Assembly: GCA_951406725.2 (NCBI GenBank)
Contig: OX597827.1
Span: 34,720,001 to 34,784,000 of the forward strand
Reading direction: 5' to 3'
Source of the DNA: Octopus vulgaris
Taxonomy: Eukaryota
Length of the DNA stretch: 64,000 bases
A program made the translations under genes and the position numbers. Of this stretch, positions 50,150 to 63,255 are shown piece by piece. The notes under the pieces were generated by a model, which saw only the letters and a list, made by a program, of their open reading frames with translations, had not been told where the DNA came from and did no database searches. Position 1 is the stretch's first letter; each line of letters starts with the position of its first letter.

Positions 50150-50791
50150 ATTCTTTTCCACTCTAGGTACAAGGCCCCAAATTTTAGGGGATAGGGCCAT
50201 TCGATTAGATCGACCCCAGTACGCAACTGGTACTTAATTTATCGACCCCGAAAGGATGAAAGGCAAAGTCGACCTCGGCTGAATTTGAACTCAGAACGAA
50301 ACGGCAGACGAAACACCGGTAAGCATTTTGCTAACGCTTCTGCCAATTCGCCGCCTTAGAAATGTAATAGATTTATTTCTTTATTGCCCACAGTAGGGCT
50401 AAACATAGAAGGGACAAACAAGGACAGACAAAGGAACTAAGTCGAATACATCGAGCCCAGTGCGTAACAGGTACTTACTTAATCGACCTCGAAAGGATGA
50501 AAGGCTAAGTCGACCTCGGTGGAATTTGAACTCAGAACGTAGTGGCAGACGAAATACCTTTTTCTTTATTACCCACAAGGGGCTAAACACAGAGAGGACA
50601 AACAAGGACAGACAAACGGATTAAGTCAATTATATCGACCCCAGTGCGTAACTGGTACTTAATTTATCGACCCCGAAAGGATGAAAGGAAAAGTCGACCT
50701 CGGCGGAATTTGAACTCAGAACGTAACGACAGACGAAATACCGCTAAGCATTTCGCCCGGCGCGCTAACGTTTCTGCCAGCTCGCCGCCTC
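50150..50791 (-). mobile_element. Three tandem SINE family A-related copies
   Basis: 50150-50357, 50373-50558 (5'-truncated) and 50560-50791. Confidence 0.9.
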
Positions 50792-51390
50792 ATAAATGTG
50801 ATATATTGTAGCAAAACTGTTATTCGTCATGTAACTTAAATTAATTCATATTTACCGTATTTTACTATTTATATAAGTAATTTATATTAACGCTCGAACT
50901 TTGCGAAAGATTTTGGATCGTTGTTACCCGAAAATCCCGAAAATATTTTTCGCGGCACTCCAAGAATTTCTCGCGGCTCACAGTTCGGCAAACACTGTTC
51001 TTAGAGCAGTAATATATTTTTTAGGAAGTCGTCTATACTGCTAAGCGCTTTATAGGTGCGAAACCAATGGTCGCTCTACGACTGGCAATGGCGTGGTTGT
51101 CTGGCAAGAAGGTTGCTTCCCAACCACATGGTCCCGGGTTCAGTCCCACGGCAGGATACCTTGAGCAAGTGTCTTCTACTATAGCCTCGAGCCAACCAAA
51201 GCTTTGTGAGTGGAAAGAAGCCCGTCGTATATATAGTAGGCTTAGAGTTGTATATTTTATTTTGTTCATTTAAAAAACATTGTACAATTTTAGTCCCGTA
51301 AATGCTCATAATGTTTGCCCTGAACATTGACATGCTTCACTGTCCTGTAAAAATAAAAATATACAACTGTTAGCCTACTTTTGCATCACC

Positions 51391-51473
<83 letters not shown>

Positions 51474-51981
51474 TTTGTGCATGTGTTTGTCCCCGCAACC
51501 ATCGCTTGACAACTGATGTGTTTGCGTCCCCGTAACTTAGCGGTTCAGCAAAAGAACCGATAGAATAAGTACTAGGCTTACAAAGAATAAGTCCTGGAGT
51601 CGATTGTTTCAGCTAAAAACATTTCAAGGCGGTGCTCCAACATGGCCGCAGTCAAAATGACTGAAAAAGAAAAAGGATATATTTGTGCGCGCGCGCGCGC
51701 GTGTGTATAGGTGAACGCGCATGGTTTACGGCTCACAATCGTTAGGTCGTGTGTTCAATTCTCGGCGGTGCGATGTGTCCTTGAGCAAGACAATTTATTT
51801 CATGTTGCTCCAGTCCACTCGGCTGGCACTGTATTTCAAAGGGCCAACCTTGACACATTCTGTCATGCTGGAATCTCCCTGAGAGCTATGTTAAGGGTAC
51901 ACGTGTCTGTGAAATGTTCAGCTGCTTTCACGTTAATTTTACGAGCAGGTTGTTTCGTTATATATATATATATAGAGAGAG

Positions 51982-52316
51982 AGAAAATAGTAAAAAGTGA
52001 AAAAACTACAGAAGGCTTGTTTTAAAAGGTTAAAAAATATATTTGAGTCATTATGTCAGAAGAATGTTATAAAATTTTTTCATACGGTGACATAGTTTTT
52101 GAAGAAATTACCGGTTCCAGGAACTCTTTTTTACACTTCATAACGAAGACATAACACGATATTTTGAGAAATTTGACACGAAACCGGTAATTTCTTCAAA
52201 AACTATGTCACCGTATGAAAAAATTTTATAACATTCTTCTGACATAATGACTCAAATATATTTTTTAACCTTTTAAAACAAGCCTTCTGTAGTTTTTTCA
52301 CTTTTGACTATTTTCT
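51982..52316. repeat. Fold-back element with 135-bp inverted arms and a hammerhead-like motif at the inner boundary
   Basis: 51982-52116 and 52182-52316 are reverse complements with one mismatch. Confidence 0.95.
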
Positions 52317-52357
52317 ATATATTCAACCACGTGCTTTCACACACCGACTTTCTCACC

Positions 52358-52438
<81 letters not shown>

Positions 52439-52634
52439 GCAAGGACCGAAAGCCTTCAAAGGGATGTCAAACATCCAAGTCTGCCGGTACAGTCCAAGTA
52501 AAGAATATATATAAAAATATATATATTCAGTATTTGCAAAAACAGTAACTGAAATATAAAGAAAGGAAAAAAAATTCTAAGTGTAGACGAACTTTAATTC
52601 AATTCAATTCCAAGTTGGTACAGAATATACATTC

Positions 52635-52719
52635 TTCAAATTGTTTCGGAGTCTAATTAATTCCAAAGACAAAAACGAACAATTCTTCATGAAATGAAAA
52701 TTAGATTCCTCATCAGGAA
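52635..52719 (-). ncRNA. Hammerhead-like motif with long helix II
   Basis: TTC-CTGATGA-GGAATCTAATT..AATTAGACTCC-GAAAC-AA-TTT-GAA; canonical core, helix III imperfect. Confidence 0.5.
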
Positions 52720-52819
52720 TTACATACTGGTATGAGTGATAACAACCAACAAAAATATATTAATACCTTTCGTAGCCCAGACGTGAACAAATAAATGAAA
52801 GATAACAAGAACGCCAGAC

Positions 52820-53545
52820 GGTTTAGTCGAACAAATCGACTCAAGTACTTATTTGTAAGCCTTGTACCTATTATATTGGTCTCTTTTGCTGGCTGCTAAC
52901 TTAAGGGGACGTAAACAAACTAACACTGGTTGCCAATGGGTGATGGGAGACACACATACACACACACGCACACGATGGGCATCCACCAAGTTGCAGTACA
53001 CCAAATTCATTCACAAGACATCGGTCTGCCTGGAGCTATAGTAGAAGATACCTGCCCAAGATGCCGCGCTGTGGGACTGAACTCGAAACAGCATGGTTGT
53101 TAACCACGCAGCCATTATGTCTCTCTTTTCTCTTTTACTTGTTTCAGTCATTTGACTGCGGCCATGCTGGAGCACCGCCTTTAATCGAGCAACTCGACCC
53201 CGGGACTTATTCTTTTGTAAGCCCAGTACTTATTCTATCGGTCTCTTTTGCTGAACCGCTATGTAACGGGGACATAAACACACCAGCATCGGTTGTCAAG
53301 CAATGCTAGGGGGGACAAACACAGACACACAAACACACACACGCATACATATATATATATATATGTATATACATATATACGACGGGCTTCTTTCAGTTTC
53401 CGTCTACCAAAGCCACTCATAAGGCTTTGGTCGGCCCGAGGCTATAGTAGAAGACACTTGCCCAAAGTCCCACGCAGTGGGACTGAACGCGGAACCATGT
53501 GGCTGGTAAACAAGCTACTTACCACACAGCCACTCCTGCGCCATT
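52820..53545 (-). mobile_element. Two SINE family B copies (one diverged, one full-length)
   Basis: 52820-53115 and 53128-53542 are reverse complements of SINE B. Confidence 0.88.
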
Positions 53546-53757
53546 ATGTGTGTGTTTCTATGAGAAAACTAGTTTTATTTATTATTTTTTTTCACACCTG
53601 AGCAGGAAAGATAATTATGGGAATTAATCAAAGCAGTGGCACAACCAGTCATGGCTGGTTGCCCAGTAATTAGCTACTGTAACATTAGATGAATCATTCA
53701 TGTGACCGACACCATGAGGAGTGACTCTCTACAGTTACAGACTTCATAGATAACTAC

Positions 53758-53759
<2 letters not shown>

Positions 53760-53833
<74 letters not shown>
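53760..53833. repeat. (CT)n microsatellite
   Basis: Direct inspection. Confidence 0.98.
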
Positions 53834-53835
<2 letters not shown>

Positions 53836-55419
53836 ACACACATACACGCAAGCGCGCGCATACGCACAGTCTCTGTCTCTCTTTCTCCCCAACACACATT
53901 CTCTTCCTTTCTCACACATGTATTTGTGTCTGCATCTGTGTGCGCATGTGTGGTGTTGAGTGGTCATGACGTGTGTGTTCTGTATGTATGTCATATGCAT
54001 AGTGTGTGTGTATGTGGTATGGAAAGTGGCGGGATGAAATCTGTGCTGTTAGTGATGTGTACGGATGTGATGTAGCGTGTGATGTTTAGCCCCAGGTCAA
54101 TCCAGATCCTGCTGACGTCTGATCAAAGGCATTCCAGCCATGACAATTCCATTTCATTTTCATCCATATAGTATTGAGTTCTACATAACTCAGTGTATCT
54201 TCCCCTTAATATGAAAGTCGAGGGTGATTTGAGGGAGTTTTGGCTGATATTTCTTGTAGGCCGAACAACCACATAAAGGTTTACATGTTGGCTCGTAGTG
54301 TTATTGGTGGAGGTGTTGGTGTTGGTGGTGGTAGTGGTAGTGGTGGTGGGAGTGATTGTGGCGGTAGCGGATGTATGGTTATATAGTGACTGTAATGTTG
54401 ATAGTGGCGGTGGTGCTGGTGGTTCAGCAGTCATAAATGAAGCATCTTCAACAGTTTTGCGTAGAGTACCTTCAATAGTCCGGAGTGGTTGGCAGCCACC
54501 TACGTTGTAAACTACGTATTCTGGTTACTCATTACATGTTACCTCATTTACCACTCACTGATTCATTCAACACTGGTTTGGAATAACACGTACATTCAAA
54601 ATTGCGAATCATGTTGCGCGTATCACGGACTAATTTATTATAACATGGATCGGTGATCGGTCGAAAATTCTGCTTCTACCGCAAAAATGCGCCTCAATCA
54701 CAATGCATAGCTACCCAGAATGCGCTGACTATTGCTTGTGTTTACACGAATGTGCTAGTACTCATCAACGTGCGACCGGTGAACAGAAAAAAATGCTAAG
54801 GCGCCTGATCCCCCAAAATGACTGAGACGGGTATATTCTCCACAGGAAAAAGTAGAAATGATCAAGAAAATATGTAATAATGAAGGCTTCGCTGCTGTAG
54901 GCCGCGAGTTTGGTATCAATAAATTTACCATTCCTTCCATTTCCAATGTACACGGAGATAATTCAGTTATCACTGTGCTTTTTTCCGCCCCCTTTACCGG
55001 CCTATCGTGATAAATGAGAATAGATGTATTGAAGTATCACTTCACTTTGTTGCGCTCAGTTTCGGTTTCTAATTTTAACAGAAAGATCTAAACATTTGGG
55101 ATTTCGTCCGATAGCAAACGATGCTGTTAGCGAAGTTCAGATCAGTTAGGGTCACCGAACCAACCCTTTTAGGTTTCCTAAGTGTAATTGTGAATTTCAG
55201 CTCCTCATGGTTGCCAAAATCTTGCCGGGGGGGGGGGGTGCATTTTAAAACTATGATGAAAATAAAGAGCACCGAAGCGTCGACTTGTATAGCTGACTTC
55301 AAGTGCCTGGGGTCATTTAAAACGGACTCTGAGAGGGACAACAAGGTGAGTAGAGTCTTTGGTTGGACAGTACTCATTGACATAAAAATATCTGCATTAT
55401 TAACACGTGCAATTATAAG

Positions 55420-55575
55420 GCATGGACGTATTTGACAGTTGTCCGGGGGCCTCGCTGGTCTAGGGGCCCAATTCTGATCTTTGTATTCTGTTGCTTGCAG
55501 TCAGTAAATAAATACCACAGGGCCCAATGTAGTGATTTGCTCGGGGGCCTATAACACTGCTAAGACGACCCTGCC
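55420..55575. mobile_element. Possible degraded hAT-type MITE
   Basis: Right end TAAGACGACCCTG, internal GGGGCC repeats; left TIR poorly conserved. Confidence 0.35.
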
Positions 55576-55629
55576 ATCAACTCCCTCCAGACAACTCAAG
55601 AAGAGAATCTTAATATCATCAGTCGAAAT

Positions 55630-57314
55630 AAGGCACCGAGCTGGCAGACTCGATAGCTCAGCGGTTAAAAATGCTTCGAGGCATTTCGTCTGTCTTTATG
55701 TTCCAAGTTCAAATTCCGCCGAAGTTGACACATCCTTTCATCCTTTCAGGGTTGATAAAATAAATACCAATTGAGCACTGGAATCGATGTTATCGACTGT
55801 CCCCATCTGAAACTGTTGGCTTTGTGCCAAAATTTGAAACCAATATTATCAGTCGAAACGATTGTCTTTTTCCGGTGTAAAAGTTATTCCATCACAAGAC
55901 CAAGGTTAAGTCTATTTACAGCCGCTACACTTGGATGGTCCAGTTGGTTTTCGACCATAACTGGATATGGAAAATGACCGATTAAGATCTCTATGGTGAT
56001 CTCCTTTTGGCGAAAGTTGCCCGCCGGCCAAGAATCGATCCATAAAGAGATAAACCTTGGACGTCCTTCCGAAACCTTCGCCAAGACCCTGATGGGAGGA
56101 CAGTGCCACCGCAAATAGTGAGGACATAAAAGAAAAATGATGATATAACAGGGTATCAAGAGTGTCGGTTGGAAGTACAAGATGTAGTCAATTGTTGTTG
56201 ATGATGATGATGATGATGATGATGATATTACTGCTACTGATAGTGGTGTTGGTGGCGGTGGTAGTGATGATGATGATGACGACGATGACGATAGCAAAGT
56301 AAAAAGATCAATGCACAAACGCCCACTCCCATCATATAATGATAGTTTATAGCTTAGGCACAAATCTTGAGATGGGGCGGGGGCTAGTCGTTGTCATCAA
56401 CCTCAGTACTTGACTAGTATTTTATTTTATCGACCCCGAAAGGATAATAGGTAAAATTGACATCGGCAGGATTTAAATTCAGAACGTAGAAATCTGTAAT
56501 AACCAACATTTTCTTCGGCGTTCATCTTCATCTGCCAATCCATCACAACAATGGTTGATGCTGTTTAGCCACGATCGAGCAGACTTGTGACGAAAGGCAT
56601 TCCAGCTGCTAAACATCCCGTCCTTTTTATGTGTAACAGATTCGAGGTAATATTATCCACATAGATTTCCTTATAGCATAGGCCATAAATATTGGGCGTA
56701 GAACGGAGGGTATAATCAAAGCACTTTATTTTATAAACCTCAGTAAAGTTAGACTTAATAGTTGAACTCAGAACGTTCACAATGTAACTAAATGTAGCGA
56801 AGTATTTTGTCCGGCGCTTTAACTATTCTGCTAAACCACCAATAATAATGGTTTCAAATTTTGGCACAAGGCCTGCATATACGGAGGAAGGTTTAAGTCG
56901 AATACATCGATCCCAGTACTCAACTGGTACTTATTTTATCGACCCCGAAAGGATAAAAGGTAAAGTCAACTTCTGCGGAATTTGAACTCAGAACGTACGG
57001 ACGAAATGCTGCTAAGCATTATGCTCAGCGTGCTAACGATTCTGCCAACTCGCCACCCTGTAAACACCACCAGTAATAGCAATAATTTTTTTTTGTTTTA
57101 AAGGCACAAGGCATGAAATTTGCGGAGACGGGACTAGTCGATAACGTCGACCCCAGTGTTTCACTGGTACTTATTTTACTTCGAAAGGATGAAAGACAAA
57201 GTCGACCTTGGCGGAATTTGAACTGAGATCGTAAAGACAGACGAGATGCCGCCATGCATTTCGCTCGGCGTGCTAACGATTCTGCCAGTCCGCTGGCCTT
57301 AAAACACCACCACC

Positions 57315-57403
<89 letters not shown>

Positions 57404-57550
57404 AAGGTCAGAAATTGGGGGAGGGTATAGTAGATTACATCAGTATTATTATTCAACTAATACGTAATTTTATCGATCCCAGAAGGATGAAGGAAAAAAA
57501 ATTGAACACTGTGAGATTTGAACGCAGAATGTAAAGAACCGGAACATATG
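55630..57550. mobile_element. Cluster of SINE family A-related copies
   Basis: One plus-strand copy (55630-55845) and about five minus-strand copies (56350-57550); (TAA)n at 57316-57400. Confidence 0.8.
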
Positions 57551-57742
57551 CTACAATGCATTTCCAGCCTTCACCAAACCCCACACCACCCAACGCTCAA
57601 ATGATTATGCCAACATTTCTTTTGCATAATTATTTCTAATTTAGGTATATATATATATATATATTTTTTTTATTTTATAGAAGGAGCTATGTATTGAGTA
57701 CCTTATTTACTGTGGTTAACCCCGATTCAACCCGGGACCTAC

Positions 57743-57810
<68 letters not shown>

Positions 57811-58341
57811 CAAATTAGTACCCAAATTAGAAATAATTAAAAAAAATTATCTCGTTCGGCTTAACAGCCCTTCTTGTTTGTGTTACTGTTATTCTCCTTA
57901 TCCTGTCTTTTACTGTTTATATTTTGTACTGTCGTTACTGTCTTGTTTTTGTTACCATTTTTACACCTCCGCAAAAAAATCTCAAATTTTATTTAATTTG
58001 ATTTTCGCGGGAAGGATTGTTTCATTAAAGTCATGTATCGCCTTGACCTTCGAAACGTAGAGTAGATGAAACAAAGGCGACTGAAGAAGGGGAATTTTCC
58101 TTGTTTTGTATGTCCTGTACTCTATTTTTTCGTTGTTTAAGAAAAATGACCATTTCCTTGGTTTTGTGTTTATGTTTTCGTTTCTCATTGTGTTCCACGG
58201 TTTTTTGGTGTCCTGTACCCATGTATGCATGTATATATACATGTAGAGGTAGGTACGTACATATATGTATGTATATATGCATATGTTTTATTTATTTATT
58301 AATTTATTAATTTATTATATATATGTATATATATATATATA

Positions 58342-59958
58342 CAGTTGCAGCCAAAATGTTCAGAACGGCATTGTTTTCGTCAGAAAAGTAGGTATAAGTT
58401 TTTATCAAAGTTGTTTTATTTTCTATAATTTTCACAGACAATAAATACAATATTAATTGTTATTGTCTGAGATTTTGGTGTAATTTGAGAAGATAATACA
58501 AATACAAAAGTTATGGATGATTTAGTGATTTACTGCAAAACCCATGGCGGCCAAAATGATCAGAACGGTTGCTTTTACTCCGTGTTATAGTATATTTAAC
58601 CGGTGAACTCTAATGTTTTGAATTTGTTTACCTGACGGTTCGTTTACTAAACATTAGTAAGAGTATCTGCAGTGTACTTTGTTAATATAATGCCACTTAC
58701 TCCGTTACCAATTCGTCTGCAGATTATTAAGCTTCGAAAGAAGGATAATTTAAGTATTGGGTCTATTGCAAAGATTCTTAACAAGTCAAAAAGTGTTGCT
58801 CACTGTATTCTTAAGGTCTACGATGATTGTGGTTCGTGTGAAGCAAGAAAGTCTACAGGTAGGCCAAGAAAAACTACCAAGAGAGAAGATCGTGCTATGG
58901 TAAAGTTGGTTAAAAAGGACGGATTTAAAACTGCTGCTGCTGTTTCTCTGGAAATAAGCATTGTACTGAAGAAAACTTTATTTCGAAAAACTGTGTCTCG
59001 TCGTTTAGTTGAACATGACCTACAAGCAAGAGCACCTGCAGTGAATCCACTGATCATCTCCAGGAATAAAAAGTGTCATCTTACCTTTGCAACCGAACAT
59101 GTGTTGTGGTCTCAAGAAAAATGGCAAACGGTGCATTTCCGTGATGAATCTAAGTTTATGTTATTTGGCTCAAATGGGAAAAGTAGGTGAAAAATTGTTG
59201 CCTAAATGCCTTAAGACTAGTGTTAAATTCGGTGGAGGAAATGTCATGGTTTGGGGGATGATATCTGGAGATGGTGTGGGGCCCTTTTGTGTGATTACAT
59301 GGTAAGGTAAATGCAGGAGTTTATAAACAACTTGTAAAAGATCATGTCTTGCCTGTGCTGAGAAATTCAACTAAGCGATCACCCATATTCATGCAGGACA
59401 ATGCCCCATGTCACAAGGCTAAGGTGGTCATGAACTTTCTCAAGGCTGAAAAGATTATTGTTATGGATTAGCCTGCTCAAAGCCCAGATCTTAATCCTAT
59501 TGAAAATGTGTGGAATATTCTAGGAGAACGTTCGAAAGCCAGAAATCCTAAAACAACCGAGCAATTATGGACTGCCCTTCAGGAAGAATGGAATAAGATC
59601 ACCCAGCAAGAAATTGAAAATTTAATTTCCTCATGCAGTCGAAGATGTCAAAGTGTGATTGAAGCTAAAGGGCTTCACACTAAATATTAAATAATTACAG
59701 TATTCTCTGTCATTTTTGATTAATTTGTTATTTTTTTCAACCGTTCTGATCATTTTGGCCGCCATAGGTTTTGCAGTAAATCACTAAATCATCCATAACT
59801 TTTGTTTTATCCTCTCAAATTACACCAAAATCTCAGACAATAACAATTAAAATCGTATTTATTGTCTGTGAAAATTATAGAATATAAAACAACTTTGATA
59901 AAAACTTATACTTACTTTTCTGACGAAAACAATACCGTTCTGAACATTTTGGCCGCAA

Positions 59959-59961
<3 letters not shown>
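58342..59961 (+). mobile_element. Tc1-like (DD34E) element with long IR/DR TIRs, inactivated
   Basis: TA-flanked; ~225-bp TIRs, each with outer and inner GCCAAAATG(T/A)TCAGAACGG repeats; GRPRKTT, HFRDESKF, VMVWG, QDNAPCH and SPDLNPIENVW motifs; frameshifts and TGG>TAG at 59469. Confidence 0.96.
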
Positions 59962-60013
<52 letters not shown>

Positions 60014-60038
60014 CTTTATTTAAAAGCAGCAGAAATAT

Positions 60039-60091
60039 AACAAAAGCTGTTACTCAGTGTTTCACGTTCCCGTTCGTCGGACAGTTTTGTT
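60039..60091 (-). ncRNA. Type I hammerhead ribozyme motif
   Basis: AACAAAACTGT-CCGACGA-ACG(GGAA)CGT-GAAAC-ACTGA-GTA-ACAG(C)TTTTGTT; 11-bp helix I with one bulge. Confidence 0.72.
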
Positions 60092-60371
60092 AACAATAGT
60101 GTTCCCTTCATCATTATAAGCAGTCATCACATTCTATTAAAATGTCTTATTGATGGGTTTGCTTTCTTTCTTTCCCTGATGAGATGATTGCAATGTTTTA
60201 CACCATTCCATTCCTACTGGAATAATACCAATGTTGTCTTCGAAACATATGTCTGAAGTAAAAGAATATGAATATGAATAAAACTTGCGTTTAACTCGCC
60301 ATGTTGAATCGCTAGCTTCTGCACGCATTTTTTTTCACTCCTTGTTTCTCTCCGTGTTTCTTTTCTGTGTA

Positions 60372-60409
60372 TCTTTTTGTTGAAGAGCGTAGGCTCGAAA
60401 CGTAAAAGA
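60372..60409 (+). ncRNA. Hammerhead-like motif with variant core
   Basis: TCTTT-TTGTTGA-A-GAGC(GTAG)GCTC-GAAAC-GTA-AAAGA. Confidence 0.5.
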
Positions 60410-60505
60410 CTTGTTTTATTTCTATTCCTGAGCGCCATACTAATACAATTGTTTGTTTGTACTCCACCTGCCTTCGTCATTTGTTTATTTTCATAAAGCT
60501 TCCCG

Positions 60506-60546
<41 letters not shown>

Positions 60547-60785
60547 ATTCTCTTGTCGTGAACGACATATGAAGTTTTTGTAAAATAAATTGTTACTCAC
60601 ATTCTATGGACAGGAATGGGTCTCTTGAGGCCTGTTATTGCCTTGCAAACCTTTTGGCAAATGAAACAAGTTGAGGCCTCATTTTGCTTGAGTGTCTGTG
60701 GATCATATCCTATGTACTTTCTTGAGCGGGCGGTGAGACCTGCTTTGTTTCATACCACAAACACACACACGCACGCATACACACT

Positions 60786-60850
<65 letters not shown>

Positions 60851-60977
60851 ATGTGTATATATATATATATATATAAAGTTAATCCAAACAAGAAATCACA
60901 AAAAAAAAAACAGCAACGCGAGGACGTGGAACAAATATAGTATTATTGGACACTCAGGAAAGAAAGAAAGAAGGAGG

Positions 60978-61012
60978 GTTTAACGTTTCGAGCGGAGCTC
61001 TTCGTCGGAAAC
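60978..61012 (-). ncRNA. Minimal type I hammerhead motif
   Basis: GTTT-CCGACGA-A-GAGC(TCC)GCTC-GAAAC-GTT-AAAC; helix I GTTT/AAAC. Confidence 0.65.
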
Positions 61013-61045
61013 ATAGGAGAAGGGAAGACAGAGGAAAAAAAATCG

Positions 61046-61114
<69 letters not shown>

Positions 61115-62328
61115 AACTATTCAGTTCACCTTGATGATCTCACTTCCATTTCTTAATATATAATTAGTCTAAGATAACTTTACAAAATATATTTAACCAA
61201 ATAGGAACGAATATACCATACTGGTTTTAGTCTAACACCCATAAATGATTAAAAAACTTCATTGCAAACTTAGAATTAAATTCTTTTTTTTTATAATGTT
61301 CTCTAATACTAAGTAGCATTAATCCTATGTCCCTAGGGAAACTATTTGGTTCATCTTGATTATCTTACTCCCATTTCTTAATATATAATTAACCTAAGAT
61401 ACTTTTACCTAACTAATTAACTTTTATCCGCAGGTGGTAATTTTATTTCCAATAGATCCTATATTTTAATTCATTAATATCAACCCATTATCCATGAAAT
61501 TTGAATAATTTACTCTTCTAAATTACCTCTCTTCATATTATAAAATATAACCTATGAATATCTTCCTTCTTTGATTTTCCCTCTTCCATCTTTCTTAGTA
61601 TATATTTTGACCCCTAATATGTTCACTTGATTAATAAGTCTTTTTTCCCCAGTTAATAAGTACTATGCCTACTCATAATAAGTGATAGTCTCTTTCTCCA
61701 AATTTGAATAAATTTTAGATTTATATTTTTTCCTTTATTCTAACGTGTCAAAGTACTTGGAACTTATAGACCAACTGTTGTGTTGATATGCATAGGGTTT
61801 GTAAGGTCTCTGCATTCTCTGTGAATGTTATTGTGACCATTTGACTTTGGCCTAGTTCTAACGCTGAATCTGTTCATCAAATAGTAGTAATTGGCATTTA
61901 GTTGTGACAATGCTGTCTTCTACGTAAATTCCTTATATGGAGCTATGACATCCCCTTTACCCCATTTCTATAATTAGAAAATCCTTATTGTTTCTTTTCA
62001 TTTGTTCTTCCCTCTCAGAACATTACAGTAGTCTGGACAACTGAATCTTAGTCAGTCAGTTGATGGGCTCCACTACCTCAAATGTTCTTAAAATTTAAAT
62101 CCACATCTTTGTCTATGTATCTACCTTCTCTATAATGTTGGCACTTGATATGAAAATTTTTGAATTAATGGAAAACCTCTATAATTGGCTGATGAGTGCT
62201 CAGCATTTTAAAACTGTTGTAATACTTACAACATTTAATAAAATGATGTAGTACCAAACGATCGTACCAAACTACCGGAGTCATTCTTGTTGCTTATTTT
62301 GCTTATATATATATATATATATATATGT

Positions 62329-62406
<78 letters not shown>

Positions 62407-62506
62407 TTATATATACATACATTTATATAAGCATACATATATATATACATACATATATCTACATATATATACGTACATACATATACACACACACATATAT
62501 ATACGT

Positions 62507-62664
62507 AGGAGTGGCTGTGTGGTAAGTAATTTGCATACTAACCACATGGCCCCAGGTTCAGTCCCATTGCGTGGCACCTTGGGCAACTGTCTTCCACTAT
62601 AACCTCGGGCCGACCAAAGCCTTGTGGGTAGATTTAGTTGACGGAACTGAAAGAAACCCGTCGC

Positions 62665-62737
<73 letters not shown>

Positions 62738-62960
62738 TGTGCGCGTGTGTGTGTGTGTGTGTGTGTGTGTTTGCGTTTATCCCCCACCAACGCTTGACAA
62801 CTGATATTGGTGTGTTTACGACCCCGTAACTGAGCAGTTCGGCAAAAGAGACCGATAGAATAAGTACTAGGCTTACAAAGAATAACTCCTGGGGTCGATT
62901 TGTTCGACTAAAGGTGTTGCACAAGCATGGCCACAGTCAAATGACTGAAACAAATAAAGG
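62507..62960 (+). mobile_element. SINE family B, full length
   Basis: AGGAGTGGCTGTGTGGTAAG head, internal (TG)n, tail ending CAAATGACTGAAACAA. Confidence 0.92.
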
Positions 62961-63022
62961 AATATATATATACATACGTATATATATATACATATATATA
63001 TACATACATTTATATATACATA

Positions 63023-63053
<31 letters not shown>

Positions 63054-63169
63054 AATCATATATACATGCATGTATCTACATATAAATATATATATACATA
63101 CATATATATATACATACATATATATACACATATATATATATATAGATACATATATATACCTATATATTC

Positions 63170-63235
<66 letters not shown>

Positions 63236-63255
63236 GTGTGTGTATGTATATATAT

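Larger units (their letters stand above)
44117..50997 (-). mobile_element. hAT Buster/Charlie-like transposon with nested insertions
   Basis: TIRs CAGTGTCTGCCAAACT / AGTTCGGCAAACACTG; left flank CTCTAAAG fits the Buster nnnTAnnn target; right-hand TSD degenerate. Confidence 0.8.

Noticed and set aside
62186-62225. CTGATGA-GTGC(TCA)GCAT as an intact hammerhead
   Set aside because: The GAAA box is replaced by TTTAAAAC and helix I is not evident; at most a remnant
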